Positions 41,180-53,614 of a DNA stretch of 64,000 nucleotides are shown here, one piece after another. The translations under genes and the position numbers were made by a program. The stretch is from assembly GCA_951406725.2 (NCBI GenBank), contig OX597830.1, positions 77,810,001 to 77,874,000 of the forward strand, read 5' to 3'. A model generated the notes under the pieces. The model saw only the letters and a list, made by a program, of their open reading frames with translations. It had not been told where the DNA came from and did not search any database. This DNA comes from Octopus vulgaris (lineage: Eukaryota). The number at the start of each line of letters is the position of its first letter. Within the stretch, counting starts at the first letter, position 1.

Positions 41180-41762
41180 ACGGTTGAGTAATAAGTAAGC
41201 AACGTTTTGAACCATGAAGAATTTGCACCGATGTTTTGCAGAGTTTGAATTTTTAAAACATATTTTTGTAATTGTTTGATAATACAGACATAAACTTGCT
41301 CAAAAGCATCAACAAATTAAACTTGATATTTTTTCACTGTTGTTACAATCATCTGAAATTTAACTGTCAAAGAGCAATAGTCGAGCAATTTTGCGATTCA
41401 ACTTCAAAAATGGACGTAAAGCAGATGAAACTGCTCACGACATCAACGAAGCGTCTGGTGAAGAAGTGACCAGTGAGTGGTCAGCTCGAAAATGGTTTAA
41501 ATGATTCCCTGAAGATCGTGAGCGTAGTGCACACCCATCTGTTATCGATGGCGGTCAATTAAAGACCGTCATTGAGAAAGATCCACGTAATACAACTCGA
41601 AAACTGGCAAAAGAACTTCAAGTTAGCCAGAAAACTGCCTGCAACCATTTGCATGCGATAGGAAAATTTTAAAAAACTCGACAAATGGGTACCACACGAT
41701 TTGAATGAAAATCAGAAATGCGTGGATATGAAACTTGCTCGTCGCTTCTCCGTAACCAAACC
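41180..41762 (+). pseudogene. Decayed mariner transposon 5' part (TIR-like end + transposase N-terminal HTH region)
   Basis: Translation RAILRFNFKNGRKADETAHDINEASGEEVTSEWSARKWFK*...DPRNTTRKLAKELQVS...HLHAIGK/KKLDKWVPHDL (WVPHEL motif at 41686-41703); stop and frameshift; truncated by (TAA)n. Confidence 0.92.
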
Positions 41763-41765
41763 GTG

Positions 41766-41830
<65 letters not shown>

Positions 41831-41869
41831 TAAAAAGTCCCTAGTTCGCGGTGGTTGGACCGAAATCAA

Positions 41870-42820
41870 AGGTAACAAAATAAACGGAAATCGTCAAAAT
41901 AAAACAAAGACGAAAAGGGCGATAGCACAACAACTGCAAACAGGACAAAATAAGATACACCGATCATTCGCAGCCAATTGCTTCTTCAGTCGGAGTCTAG
42001 TATGTCCACGCAGTTTCGCATAATCCTCTCCGATGCTACGATATAAGACGATCTGTTACTCGACTGAAGATTGAAAGCTCCGAATGACCCGTCCTTGATT
42101 TTTCCTGTCCTTTTTTTGTATCGTCTAACTGTCCAAATGTTTTGTTGTCGCCTGTTACGTTCTTCTTCCATTTAAAAAAAAAAATATATATATATATACA
42201 TATAGCGGCATACGTACACTTTTGGTCACCTGTATGTAGGTACATATATATTCTGTACGACTCTTTTACTCTTTCCTTTAGGCCCCTCACACTTTCTTCG
42301 TTCCTTCCACTTTTCTTTTTCTCGCATCCACCCTGGCCTTCCCTTCATTCTCATCACTTTCTCCTCCTTTTTTACTTGACTGTCCCTTTCCTTTTTACTT
42401 TTTTTCTCGTCCCTCCTTAATTCTTCATTTCTTCTATCCCCTACCTCTCTCTTTTCCTTCCACTTAAGCGTTGTTTGTCCAAGCGGTGTTTGGTTCGACT
42501 GCCATCTGTGTAGCATCTCTTATATTCTTTCCTATGACTTTCACTTCTATACACGCCAGGTTAATTTAATTCGTCCTTAGTCGAAAGACACCTGTTGTTT
42601 GTATTTCTAATTATGTCGCATTTCTCCGTTTTTTTTGTTTTTTCCTTTCCGTCCTTGTTTTCGTATGCATTCGCTTGCTTTCTTCCAAAGAATCTAGTGC
42701 TCTTAGCTTAGATATTCTTTGGGCGGGGTCAGATTAGAACTGTCTCGAGAGTAACCGGTCGAAACTGCTAAGAAAATTTGGTACTCGACTGAAGATTGAA
42801 AGCGCCAAATAACCTGTCCC
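41870..42820. mobile_element. Composite of family F copies (one minus, two plus), PLE pLTR-like inverted arrangement
   Basis: CGACTGAAGA motif on minus at ~41991 and on plus at 42061 and 42787. Confidence 0.55.
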
Positions 42821-42821
42821 A

Positions 42822-43212
42822 GCGCAGGAGTGGCTGTGTGGTAAGTAGCTTGCTTACCAACCACATGGTTCCGGGTTCAGTCCCACTGCGTGGCACCTTG
42901 GGCAAGTGTCTTCTACTATAGCTTCGGGCCGACCAAAGCCTTGTGAGTGGATTTGGTAGATGGAAACTGCATGAAGCCCGTCGTATATATGTATATATAT
43001 GTGTGTTTGTTTGTGTGTCTGTGTTTGTCCCCCCAACAACGCTTGACAACCGATACCGGTGTGTTTACGTCCCCGTAACTTAGCGTTTCGGCAAAAGAGA
43101 CCGATAGAACAAGTAGGGGGCTTACAAAGAATAAGTCGTGGGGGTCGATTTCCTCAACTAAAGGCAGTGCTCCAGCATGGCCGCAGTCAAATGACTGAAA
43201 CAAGTAAAGAGT
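42822..43212 (+). mobile_element. Full-length SINE family A
   Basis: A box TGGCTGTGTGG, B box GGTTCAGTCCC, CORE-like CCTTGGGCAAGTG, LINE-like 3' tail. Confidence 0.93.
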
Positions 43213-43624
43213 AATATATGTCGTGAAGGAGAGAGTCAGAGAGAGAAAAAATTCTTGTGTACACATTTGACGTGTGTGTGTGTATGTTTAGTATAAGCAA
43301 CAGAGGAAAAGACATAGAAAATGTGTAAGATATAATATTTATAATTTTAAGGGTGTGGGACGGCGCAAGATGATGATAAAGTATGTTTTAACACAGTTTT
43401 CGAAATAAGCGGAAGTAGGGAGATATTTGATAGTGGCGAGGGTGGCGGTGGTGAGAGGTGGGTGTGAATGGATGTAAGCTGTGGGGGTGAGGAGAGTACG
43501 TGAAGACTAAAAAGTATGTCGTGCTGCTCTCTTTTGGCAGGGTGCGTATGGTGGTGCGGTGAGACTTTTAACGTGCTGTCGTTGATGTTGATACATTTTG
43601 TTGCTGTTGCTGTTGTTATTATGA

Positions 43625-43699
<75 letters not shown>

Positions 43700-43713
43700 C
43701 ATTTTTGTTATTC

Positions 43714-43935
43714 AAGGCAGCGAGCTGGCAGAATTGTTAGCACGCCGAGTAAAATGCTTAGCGTCCTTTCGTCCGTCATTACGTTCTGAGTTCAAATTCC
43801 GCCGACTTCAACTTTATCTTTCATCCTTTCGGGGTCGAGAAAATAAGTGCCAGTGAAACATTGGGGGTCGATGTAATCGACTAGTTCCCTTCCCCCAAAT
43901 TTCAAGCCGTGTGCCTCTAATAGAAAGGATTATTA
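43714..43935 (+). mobile_element. SINE family B monomer with (ATT) tail, inserted in (ATT)n
   Basis: Head GGCAGCGAGCTGGC; terminal variant CCCCCAAATTTC..GTGCC..TAGAAAGGATTATT. Confidence 0.9.
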
Positions 43936-44235
43936 TTATTATCATTTTTATTAATATTATTGATAATAGATGCAGCACGGAATTTTGTCAGTGAACTGGT
44001 CGCGGTTTCAAATATTTTGACAAATTAAATTTAATTGTTGAAGTGAATCTAACGGCTTTTGTGTGTTTCTTAAATGGTTTATAAACACCTTCCAAGCTGC
44101 AATTGTTTTCGTTCCAGCACACGATCTCAGATCAGGACACTTACTATGCAAGTACATCTCCGTAATTTATATTATTATTATTCATAATGACATTTTAATG
44201 TTGTTGTTCCTGTTCCTGATATTGGTTAATCTTTT

Positions 44236-44445
44236 ACTTGTTTCATGCATCGAACTGCGCCCATGCTGGGGCACTGAAACGAGTCACCTCTATTCCAAGT
44301 CTGGTACTTCGTCTATCAGTCAGTTTTCCCGAAAGGCTAAGCTACGAGATTATAAACAATATAGTACCGGTTGTCAAGCGGCGATGGTGGACAAACGCAC
44401 ACATGAGCATGGCCACAACCTGAGAGCTGAAACATGTAAGAGAAT
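44236..44445. mobile_element. Degenerate SINE A 3' part (minus) plus LINE tail stub (plus, 44406-44440)
   Basis: CTTGTTTCA...CCATGCTGGGGCAC; AGCATGGCCACAACCTGAGAGCTGAAAC. Confidence 0.65.
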
Positions 44446-44714
44446 CAAATAGAATCGGGCGTGTATCAAGTTAACCGACTTTCTTTCTTACATTTTTGCG
44501 GAGATAAGAAGCAATCCTTGATTCAATTAATTTTTTTTTCCCGACGATGCCTGTGTATTTATAGATGTAACTTTTGTGACTTCAGAGTGTTTTAACTCCT
44601 ATTTTCAGCAAAGCTGGTGTCTTAAAAAAAATCGCTCTTGCGGCCACTAACATTCTTATCTCTGATGAATATTAACGTTCTTTATGAATTTTATATATCT
44701 TTTACACCTTAACA

Positions 44715-44906
44715 CGTTTCAGTCATGTGACTGCGGCCATGCTGAAAGAAAGCAACCCCAGGACTGATTCTTTGTAAACCTAGCACTTACTCTGTCAGTC
44801 TCTTTTGCCGAACCGCTAGATTTCAAGGATATAAACACACCAATATCGGTTGTCAAGCGACGGTGAGGGGGTTCAAACACAAGCACAAAGACACATAAAT
44901 ATACAT

Positions 44907-44944
<38 letters not shown>

Positions 44945-45113
44945 GTATACACACACACACACACACTACGGGATTCTTTAAGTTTCTGTCTACCAAATCT
45001 CCTCACAAGGCTTTGGTCGGCCGGAGATTATAGTAGAAGACACTTACCCAAGGTGCCACGCAGTGGGACTGAATTCGGAACCATCTGGTTGGTACTTACC
45101 ACACACCACTCTT
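44715..45113 (-). mobile_element. SINE family A
   Basis: Match to family A. Confidence 0.9.
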
Positions 45114-45114
45114 C

Positions 45115-45196
<82 letters not shown>

Positions 45197-45408
45197 GAAG
45201 AGTGGTAAGTGTCTTCTACAAGAAACAATTGTAGTGGCGGTTTTTTTGACTATTTATTAAAATTTTATGTATTGATTAAATCTTTCCTTGTTTGTTTTGC
45301 AAAATAGTGGTTTTGTCTCTAATAATATTTTATATTTTACTATAAAATTGGATTTAATCCTAAATCTGATTTTTTCTCTGTAAATTTGGATTTATTCCCT
45401 AATATTTA

Positions 45409-45514
<106 letters not shown>

Positions 45515-45739
45515 TATATATATATACACATATATGAACATTCTTACATATATTCGTATATACATATGCATATTTGGGCACAGCACTATATTGTTGTTAA
45601 ATGGTCGAAATACGAGAGTAGTAAAACAACCGACAACTGATGAAGTGTTGTTTGTCTTGTTTTCTATCTGTGTCTTTCGTTGTTCGAAATAGTTCATATT
45701 CCATGTACACGTTTCATGACGTCCTGTGCCCACATATGC

Positions 45740-45774
<35 letters not shown>

Positions 45775-45911
45775 TGTATGTATGTTTATATGAATGCATA
45801 TGTGTATCCGCATTTGTAATGCGTGTGCTTGTGTGTGAGTATATCTATGGCGAATCGCGTTACAGGAACGATTTCCTATTTATAAGTATGTTTGAAAATA
45901 ATACTATAATG

Positions 45912-45947
<36 letters not shown>

Positions 45948-46189
45948 CGTGTCTGTGTGTAATGTATTTTGCACACTCCTGTACGGATACAGACGCTTTA
46001 AGAGACATATAATTCTAAATCTGTACAAACACACCTCCTTCTCCACATACGCCTAATCCATGTATAAATGTATATGCGTTTATGCACACGTGATTAAGAA
46101 TCTATACAACGGGCATTCTAATATACATTACATGAATATTCATGAGTCAGTGTGTGTGTGTAATGTGAAAGTACATATAGTTATGAATA

Positions 46190-46260
<71 letters not shown>

Positions 46261-47089
46261 AATATTATTAATAAACTAAGTCGCGGCAGTATCTAACCAA
46301 TAATATTTTTGTCTACCAACCACTAGCAGCAGGCACATTCTTTTTGGTTTTGTCAAAGCTTCCGCTTCCGCTCTCGCTCCGTAACGGAAGTGAAGCCATA
46401 CATGCATGCATGCATACATACATACATACATACATACATACATACATACATACATACATACATACATACATAAGCAAATACATGTATAGATACTTGCTTG
46501 TACACAAACAAATACATATATAAACGCACGTGATACCTACATACATACATACAGACAAACATGCATTCATAAATACTAACTCACAAACGCACATATACAT
46601 ACATATACACAGAGGTGTATATGCGCACATACTCACATACATCTAGATTTATACACACATACATATATACATATTCATATGTTGTGTATATGTCAAGTGC
46701 TTCCGCCATTTCTAAATGCACTTTCTATTTCATACAAATGTAAACCAGGTGGAGTTGTGGTTGAAGATTATAACGAATGGCGTCAAAATGGCGTCTTGTC
46801 GGTAAAATCTGTAAATTTACTAATTTTGTCCGAGTCAACGAGGGTCTCCCTCTGACCACTAAAAATAGCAGTCACAGCTTCTTCAAATCACACTCCATCG
46901 CTTTTAGGAAAAGATGGGCTTTAAGTTTCGAAGATCTCGTGTTAATGAAGTGTTCGTAACCCTTTGACCAGTAGAAATAGCAGCCAAATCTTCAACTAAC
47001 ATTTCATTAGATCCTTCTTCAGAAGAACTCTGTATGTATGTATGTGTGTATGTATGTATGCATTTATGTATGTATGTATGTATGTATGC

Positions 47090-47313
47090 GTGTGTATATA
47101 TGTTCGTGTGTCTGTGTTTCTCCCCCCCCCCAACATCGCTTGACAACCGATGCTGGAGTGTTTACGTGCCCTAACTTAGCGGTTCGGCAAATAAGACCGA
47201 TAGAATAAGTACTAGGCTTACAAAGAATAAGTCCTGGGATCGATTTGCTCGACTAAAGGCGGTGCTCCAGCATGACCAAAGTCAAATGACCGAAACAAGT
47301 AAGAGTAAAAGAG
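47090..47313 (+). mobile_element. SINE family A 3' half
   Basis: Match to family A downstream of the internal microsatellite. Confidence 0.9.
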
Positions 47314-47592
47314 TATATATATATATATATTTACTTGTGTGAGAGAGAGTTTCTCCCACCTCGCTCTCTCTCTCTCTCCGCAATCGGAAGACTACCCGAG
47401 AATGACCAGGCTACAAACAAAGCAAAGAACAATCTTTAAACCGCAAGAATTGTTTTTTATTTTTATGCGTGTTGTTGTTTTCTTTCTCTACATCTTAAAA
47501 TGGTGGAAAAGTTTTCCTTTCGCTTTCATAAAAAAAATTAGATTTTATTCATTTATTCAAATGAGTTTTTATTAATTTTCTTTTATTATTGA

Positions 47593-47977
47593 CTAGCAGT
47601 ATCGCCCGGCGTTGCTCGGGTTTGTTTCGACTCTTTAGAATTGGAATTTTTGAAAAGTAAAAATTTTGCATTATGTAGCTTGTTATTCTCTTTAAGTGAA
47701 CATTTTTCTGGTTCAAATACACCGAAAAATGACTACACAGCAGTCAAAAAATCGTAAAAAAATAGGTATTTTCATAGAAAAAAAAGCACCTTTTTGATGT
47801 AAGCAATTTTCGGTGTTAACATGGTCCGATTTGAATTCTACGGAAGGAAGAGCAAGCCTTCTTCTATCATACTCTCAATTTTGGTCAACTTGCGCCGCAG
47901 GGTCTCGGAAGAGATAGCGTTAGTTGAAGGCTACCAAACCTGCCATACACAGACAACTTCAGCTTTGTATATAGAGA
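47593..47977 (-). mobile_element. Non-autonomous Helitron
   Basis: Minus strand starts TCTCTATATA, ends with GC-rich hairpin CCCGAGCAACGCCGGG then CTAG followed by T; base before the 5' end is G rather than canonical A. Confidence 0.8.
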
Positions 47978-48425
47978 CTGGCGAAATCTCCATCTTTGAA
48001 ATTAAATATCTGTAAATTTATTGATATTTGATTATATTTTCATTGTTTCTTTAATTTGCCTTTTTTTTTTAATCGTTTATCGTATATGAAGGTAATATTT
48101 TATGTAGCATGCGCATCAGAAGTTACTCAGAGCTCTCGAGTTTCATGTAATAACGCACGTCCAAATCATTAATCCGCAAAATTCGAGGCTTATGGGTAAA
48201 TTTTGTGAATTTTGAATCGCCTTAATATAAGAAACTAAAAAAACAATTTACTTTACACGATGTGTTTAGTATGCTTTCCTCCTTTTCATAAATCCATACT
48301 TTCAATATATGTGAATGTGTTGGGGGTATGATTTTATAAATTTTATGCGACCCTGCTTCCATATAAACGCTTTAGTTTATCACGTTTTATTTATTTTCCC
48401 GCCTTTTTTCTTTATTCTTCTTCAG

Positions 48426-48467
48426 GTCTGAATTCCTCAAGGGACGTATTACCTAGACAGCATCCAC
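48426..48467 (+). CDS. Candidate 42-nt symmetric (phase 1-1) micro-exon, xLNSSRDVLPRQHP
   Basis: Long pyrimidine tract + TTCAG acceptor, AC/GTAAGT donor, length divisible by 3, only one of three frames open. Confidence 0.5.
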
Positions 48468-48606
48468 GTAAGTAAACCATTTTTATATAATATATACCTA
48501 CATCATTTTTTTTTATATTTCGGGACGGTCATTCTTTTTAAACACACGCACTGTATATTCGTTCTTCACTCCTTTATTATTGTTCTTATTTTATCTGATG
48601 TCCATT

Positions 48607-48649
48607 GTCTGGAAACCTTTCGTCACACATCTGTGACCTTTTCAGCGAC
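48607..48649 (-). ncRNA. Degraded hammerhead-like motif
   Basis: GUCG-CUGAAAA-G-GUCACA-GAUG-UGUGAC-GAAA-GGUU-UC-CAGAC; 6-bp stem II; G8A not compensated. Confidence 0.4.
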
Positions 48650-48694
48650 ACTTCCATCCGCATATTTCCCCCTATTATATATATGTTCTTTTAT

Positions 48695-49280
48695 TTCGTT
48701 TACTTGTTTCAGTCATTTGACTGCAACCATGCTGGAGCATCCTTCTGAAGAATTTTAGTCGAAGAAATCGACTCCCCGACATTTTTTTAAGCCTCGTACT
48801 TATTCTATCAGTTTCTTTCGCTAAACAGGTAAGTTACGGAGACGCAAACACACCAACACCGGTTGTCAAGTTGTGATGGTTGGGGGGGGGGGGCAAACAC
48901 AGACATATATACACACATAGTTTCCGTCTACCATATCCACTCACAAGGCTTTGGTCGGTTCGTGGCTACAGTAAAAGACATCCGTTCAGTTGCCACGCAG
49001 TGGGATTGAACCCGGAACCATGTGAAGCAAGTTCCTTATCACACAGCCACGTCTGCACCTACTCTCTGTGTGTGTGTATGCGTGTGTGTGTGTGTGTGTG
49101 TGTATGGGCTTGTCTACCCCACCCGATGTTGGTGTGTTTACGTAACTTAGTGGTTCGGGGAAAAGAGACCGATAGAATAAGTACTAGGCTAACAAAGAAT
49201 AAGTCCTGGGAAAGTCGATTATTTTTCGACTAAAGGCGGTGCTCCAACATGGCCACCGTCGAATGACTGAAATAAAAGAA
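48695..49280. mobile_element. Inverted pair of SINE A copies (48695-49062 minus; 49100-49280 plus, 3' half)
   Basis: Match to family A on both strands. Confidence 0.88.
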
Positions 49281-49646
49281 TGCATACATGCATACATAGA
49301 CATAAAAGAAATTAGATAAATGACAGTGGAACAAGAAATAATGTAATAAACTTCACGCGCATAATTTCTTGTACCTTTGTCATTTATTTAATTTTTTCAT
49401 GCCCTGTACTCAGCCTGCGCTTCTTTCCGAACAATGTGTAGATTGAGCTCTTACACCATGTTACTAGAATCGTTGTGACTAAATGAAATATCGGTGTGCG
49501 CGTGCGTGTATATAAATATAAATCTATATGAGTGTGCAATTGTATAATTTCGTAGGCTTTACGCGACCCTGCTTACTAATATGTATGTTTACTAGATGAA
49601 TAGATAGATAGACAGATAGATAGATAGATTGATTGATTGATGGATT

Positions 49647-49692
<46 letters not shown>

Positions 49693-49747
49693 CAGACAGA
49701 TATATATATATATATATATAGATAGATAGATAGATAGATAGATAGAC

Positions 49748-49785
<38 letters not shown>

Positions 49786-49817
49786 GTGGATGGAAAGAAA
49801 GATAGATAGATAGATAT

Positions 49818-49869
<52 letters not shown>

Positions 49870-49880
49870 GTGGATGGATG

Positions 49881-49911
<31 letters not shown>

Positions 49912-49935
49912 GGATGGATGGATAGAAAGATGGAT

Positions 49936-50010
<75 letters not shown>

Positions 50011-50022
50011 GACAGAAAGACA

Positions 50023-50505
50023 GCATGGTTCTATCGTTAAGACACTCGCTTTGCAACAACGTGATTTCGTTCTCATTCCCACTGCGCAACCCCTTGGACG
50101 AGTGTCTTTTACTATGGCCCCGAGGTGACCAATGTTTTGTAAGTGAAGCTGGTCAATAGAAACTTTCTAGAGGCCACCATAACTTTCATTCTTTCTTCCT
50201 ACTTCTGCCACAAAGCAGAGGAACCATGGTTGGTGAAACCCACTATGGTGTGGTAAACTTTCAGACCCTGGTCTAGATTGCGAATCCTCTGTACTCCAGG
50301 AGGGTTCAGCTCTCCACCCGTTAAAAGCCACCGTTTACGGAATGAGGATAACAACGTAGCTTTCGCGCCCTTGAAACCGGCAGTCTTTCGCGTGTGGTGG
50401 GTGGATCCTTCAAGTTGCCACACGCATTCTTAGTAGCTTAGAGTAGGCTCGAACTAGAGATTATTCTTTGTGGCTAATGGTGTGAGTCCTGATTGGAAGA
50501 AGATA
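50023..50505 (+). mobile_element. Old SINE A head (50023-50175) followed by 5'-truncated D-T3 SINE (50176-50505)
   Basis: 50190-50502 is the reverse complement homologue of 18764-19075. Confidence 0.85.
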
Positions 50506-50872
50506 GCAGCCGCAACCTTGAACCTAAACATGAAATCTCAACACTGATGTTAGCACTAATTGTAACCCTTACACAAACTCCCAGAAACTCTATAGATACT
50601 CAGGTTACCCGTTAACACAAATCTACATCGACTTTAACGAAGTGCATATTATTGCCTCGACTCTCTTACTCTCTCATTAACCCTAAGATCACACTAATTA
50701 CATTTAATTTCGACATAATTAATTAAGTCCTACAGCTAAATAACACAAAGGCAATTAACGTTCTTTCCTTAATGCTTTATTTACATTGACATTAATTTCG
50801 TATATACAGAATAAGTTTCGTATTTGTGTGTGTGTGCGCGCGCACGTACCGGAGGTTGTGTGTGTGTGTGTG

Positions 50873-51195
50873 TGAAGGCGCGTGGCTTAGTAGTTAGGGT
50901 ATTCGGCTTACGATTGTGAGGTCGTGGGTCCAATTCCCGGCGACCCGTTGTGTCCTTGAGCAAGACACTTTATTACACGTTGCTCCAGTCCACTCGGCTG
51001 GCAAAAATGAGTAGTACCTGTATCTCAAAGGACCAGCCTTGTCACACTCTGTGTCACGCTGAATCTTCCTGAGAACTACGTTAAGGGTACACGTATCTGT
51101 GGATTGCTCAGTCACCTGCACTTTAATTTCATAAGCAAGCTGTTCCGTTGATTGGATCAACTGGAACCCTTGTCGTCGTAACCGACGAAGTGCTC
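50873..51195 (+). mobile_element. Full-length SINE family C with tail T1
   Basis: Homologous to 34201-34512; GTGTCCTTGAGCAAGACACTT. Confidence 0.92.
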
Positions 51196-51400
51196 CTTTA
51201 TATATATATGCATATATAAATTAGGGTTAGGGTTAGGGAGTTAGCACCCGTTACGCACTGGGGTCGATGTAATCGGCTATCCCCTTCCCATCAAATTTCA
51301 GGCCTTGTGTTATAGTAGAAGTTATTATTATTATTAATATTATTATTGTTATTATTATTATTATTATTATTAATATTATTATTATTATTATTATTATTAT

Positions 51401-51790
51401 TGAGTGGGTGAGAGAGCAGTGCATGCCATCAAAGTGACACTGGGATAAAATATACGAAGCCCTGTATACCTGTCATGACTACCCGTCTGATAATTGTACA
51501 CCAGGCACATGCATCACAACTCTATATGCGCAACATGGTGATCACATATCAAGATAAACAGCATATGACCTTGCAGGTGGGGTCCAGTTCGAATTTTTTT
51601 CAGGGTGTTTAGCCCATCTAGCTCAAGGGCTGCTTAAGGATGTTGAACGACACACACACATGTTTCCAGAGGTGAATTATCCAAACCCCAAAGATTTCCT
51701 TTCAGCACATGGCAACTTCTGCTCGTGATCAGAAGTGCACATATCGTTAGCCACTAAGGGACATGCTCAACTGGTTATGGTCAAATAATA
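51401..51790 (-). mobile_element. Probable LINE 3' UTR ending in (TAA)n
   Basis: GC-richer block whose minus-strand 3' end runs directly into a (TAA)n tract; single copy here, so family not verifiable. Confidence 0.4.
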
Positions 51791-51800
51791 CAATATTACA

Positions 51801-52202
51801 GTGGCTAGCTGGCAGAAACGTTAACACTCCAGACGAAATGCTTAGCGGTATTTCGTCTGCCGCTACGTTGAGTTCAAATTCCGCCGAGATCGACTTTGCC
51901 TTTCATCCTTTCGGGGTCGATTAAATAAGTACCAGTTACGCACTGGGGTCGATATAATCGACTTAATCCGTTTGTCTGTCCTTGTTTGTCCTCTCTGTGT
52001 TTAGCCCCTTGTGGGTAGTAAAGAAATAGGTATTTCGTCTGTTTTTACGTTCTGAGTTCAAATTCTGTCGAGGTTGACTTTTCCTTTTATCCTTTTAGGA
52101 TCGATAAATTGAGTACCAGTTGCATACTGGTGTCGATGTAATCGACTGGCCCCCCCCTCTACCAAAATTTTGGGCATCGTGCCTAGAGTGGAAAGGAATA
52201 TT
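51801..52202 (+). mobile_element. SINE family B dimer ending in terminal variant
   Basis: Two units, the second ending CCAAAATTTTGGGCATCGTGCCTAGAGTGGAAAGG. Confidence 0.92.
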
Positions 52203-52349
52203 GCATAAACATTTTATAATTTTTGTTTTGTTTTTATGGAAACTCTCCTCGTACCGGCGGCTGATGGCTCGCAGTTCGGCACCGGTCCGCGGACCACCAC
52301 ATTGAGTAGCACTGATCTAAACAATACGCATGCGTGAAGTCTGTATCAT

Positions 52350-52830
52350 TGCTTTCAAATTTTGGTACAATGCCGGTAGTTTAGGGGTTCGGTGTATGTG
52401 GATTACATCGATCGCAGATTGCCACTGGTCCTTAAGGCTGATGGGCATGGTCTACTCCGGCGGAATTTGAACCTCAGAATGTAAAGACGGAGAAAATGCT
52501 GCTAAACACTTTGCCCAGCATACAAACGATTCTGCCAACTCGTCGCTTTTAAAGGTGGACGAAATGCCGATTAGTATTTGCCCGGTGTGTTAACGATTCT
52601 ACCACCTCGCCGCCCGTGAAGTATGTAATTTTGATAACATTCAGGACGGCGAGCTGGCAGAATCGTTAGCATGCCGGGCGAAATGCTTAGCGGTATTTCG
52701 TCTGCCGCTACGTCCTGAGTTCAAATTCCGCCGAGGTCGACTTTGCCTTTCATTCTTTCGGGGGTCGATGCAATCGACTAAATCACTTTTTCTGTCCTTG
52801 TTTAGCGCCCTGTGGGTAATAAAAAAATAA
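52350..52830. mobile_element. Head-to-head SINE B copies (52350-52615 minus, diverged; 52644-52830 plus)
   Basis: Match to family B. Confidence 0.8.
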
Positions 52831-52884
52831 ATATTGATAACATTTACATTTTATAGATCTATTTTTGAATTTATTCTATGCATA

Positions 52885-53440
52885 TACAGAACTTGAGGCG
52901 ATTCAACGAAGCTACACGAAGAAGATTTGCCCCTGTGCAGCATATAAGCTATTGGGAAAGACTCAAGAGATTGAGACTCTATTCCTTAGAGCGTAGGCGA
53001 GAAAGATATGCCTTAATATACATCTGGAAGATCCTAGAAGGACTTGTACAAAACTTTGGCATCGAGAGTTACACAAATGCCAGAACTGGGCGCCACTGCG
53101 TGGTGCCAAGGACTCCAAATTTGCCATCAAGATGTAGGACAAGATACTGTGATAGCCTGGGCTTCCGAGGCCCACAGCTCTTCAAGAGACCTGCATGGGG
53201 TGGATGCAGATGTCTTTAAAATAAAACTGGATCTCTCCTTGTCAGGTGTCCCAGATGAACCAACTTCACGGCAGAAGGTGCAGATGAGGAATGCTGCATC
53301 GAACTCTCTCATGCACCAAATGGCAGTTGCTAAAAAAGCATTCGTGAAGTAAAATCATGTAGTAACACCAAATGGCGGTGCCCCAGTATGGCCACAGCTT
53401 ATGAGCTGAAACTAGATAAAAATAAAAAATAAAAATAAAT
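52885..53440 (+). pseudogene. CR1-type LINE 3' fragment (ORF2 C-terminus + 3' UTR)
   Basis: ELEAIQRSYTKKI/APVQHISYWERLKRLRLYSLERRRERYALIYIWKILEGL...GFRGPQLF/RDLHGVDADVFKIKLD; CR1 C-terminal signature; frameshifts; (TAAAA)n tail. Confidence 0.9.
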
Positions 53441-53614
53441 ACATACATACATACATAAATACATATACATACATATATGTGTGTGTGTGTGTGTGTGTGT
53501 ATGTATACATGTATATACATATATACACATTGATCACACACGCTCATGTTTATATGCACACATATATGAAGGCATGCTGAATAGTTCCTGGCTTTCGACA
53601 AAAAAAAGGACTTT

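Noticed and set aside
45600-45650. Type-II hammerhead (GAAA...CUGAUGA)
   Set aside because: Stems I, II and III cannot be paired
50023-50505. New chimeric SINE (A head + T3 tail)
   Set aside because: A remnant of head D precedes T3, so it is a truncated D-T3 inserted into an older A copy
51221-51238. (TTAGGG)3 telomeric repeat
   Set aside because: Only three units between two SINE pieces; too short to interpret
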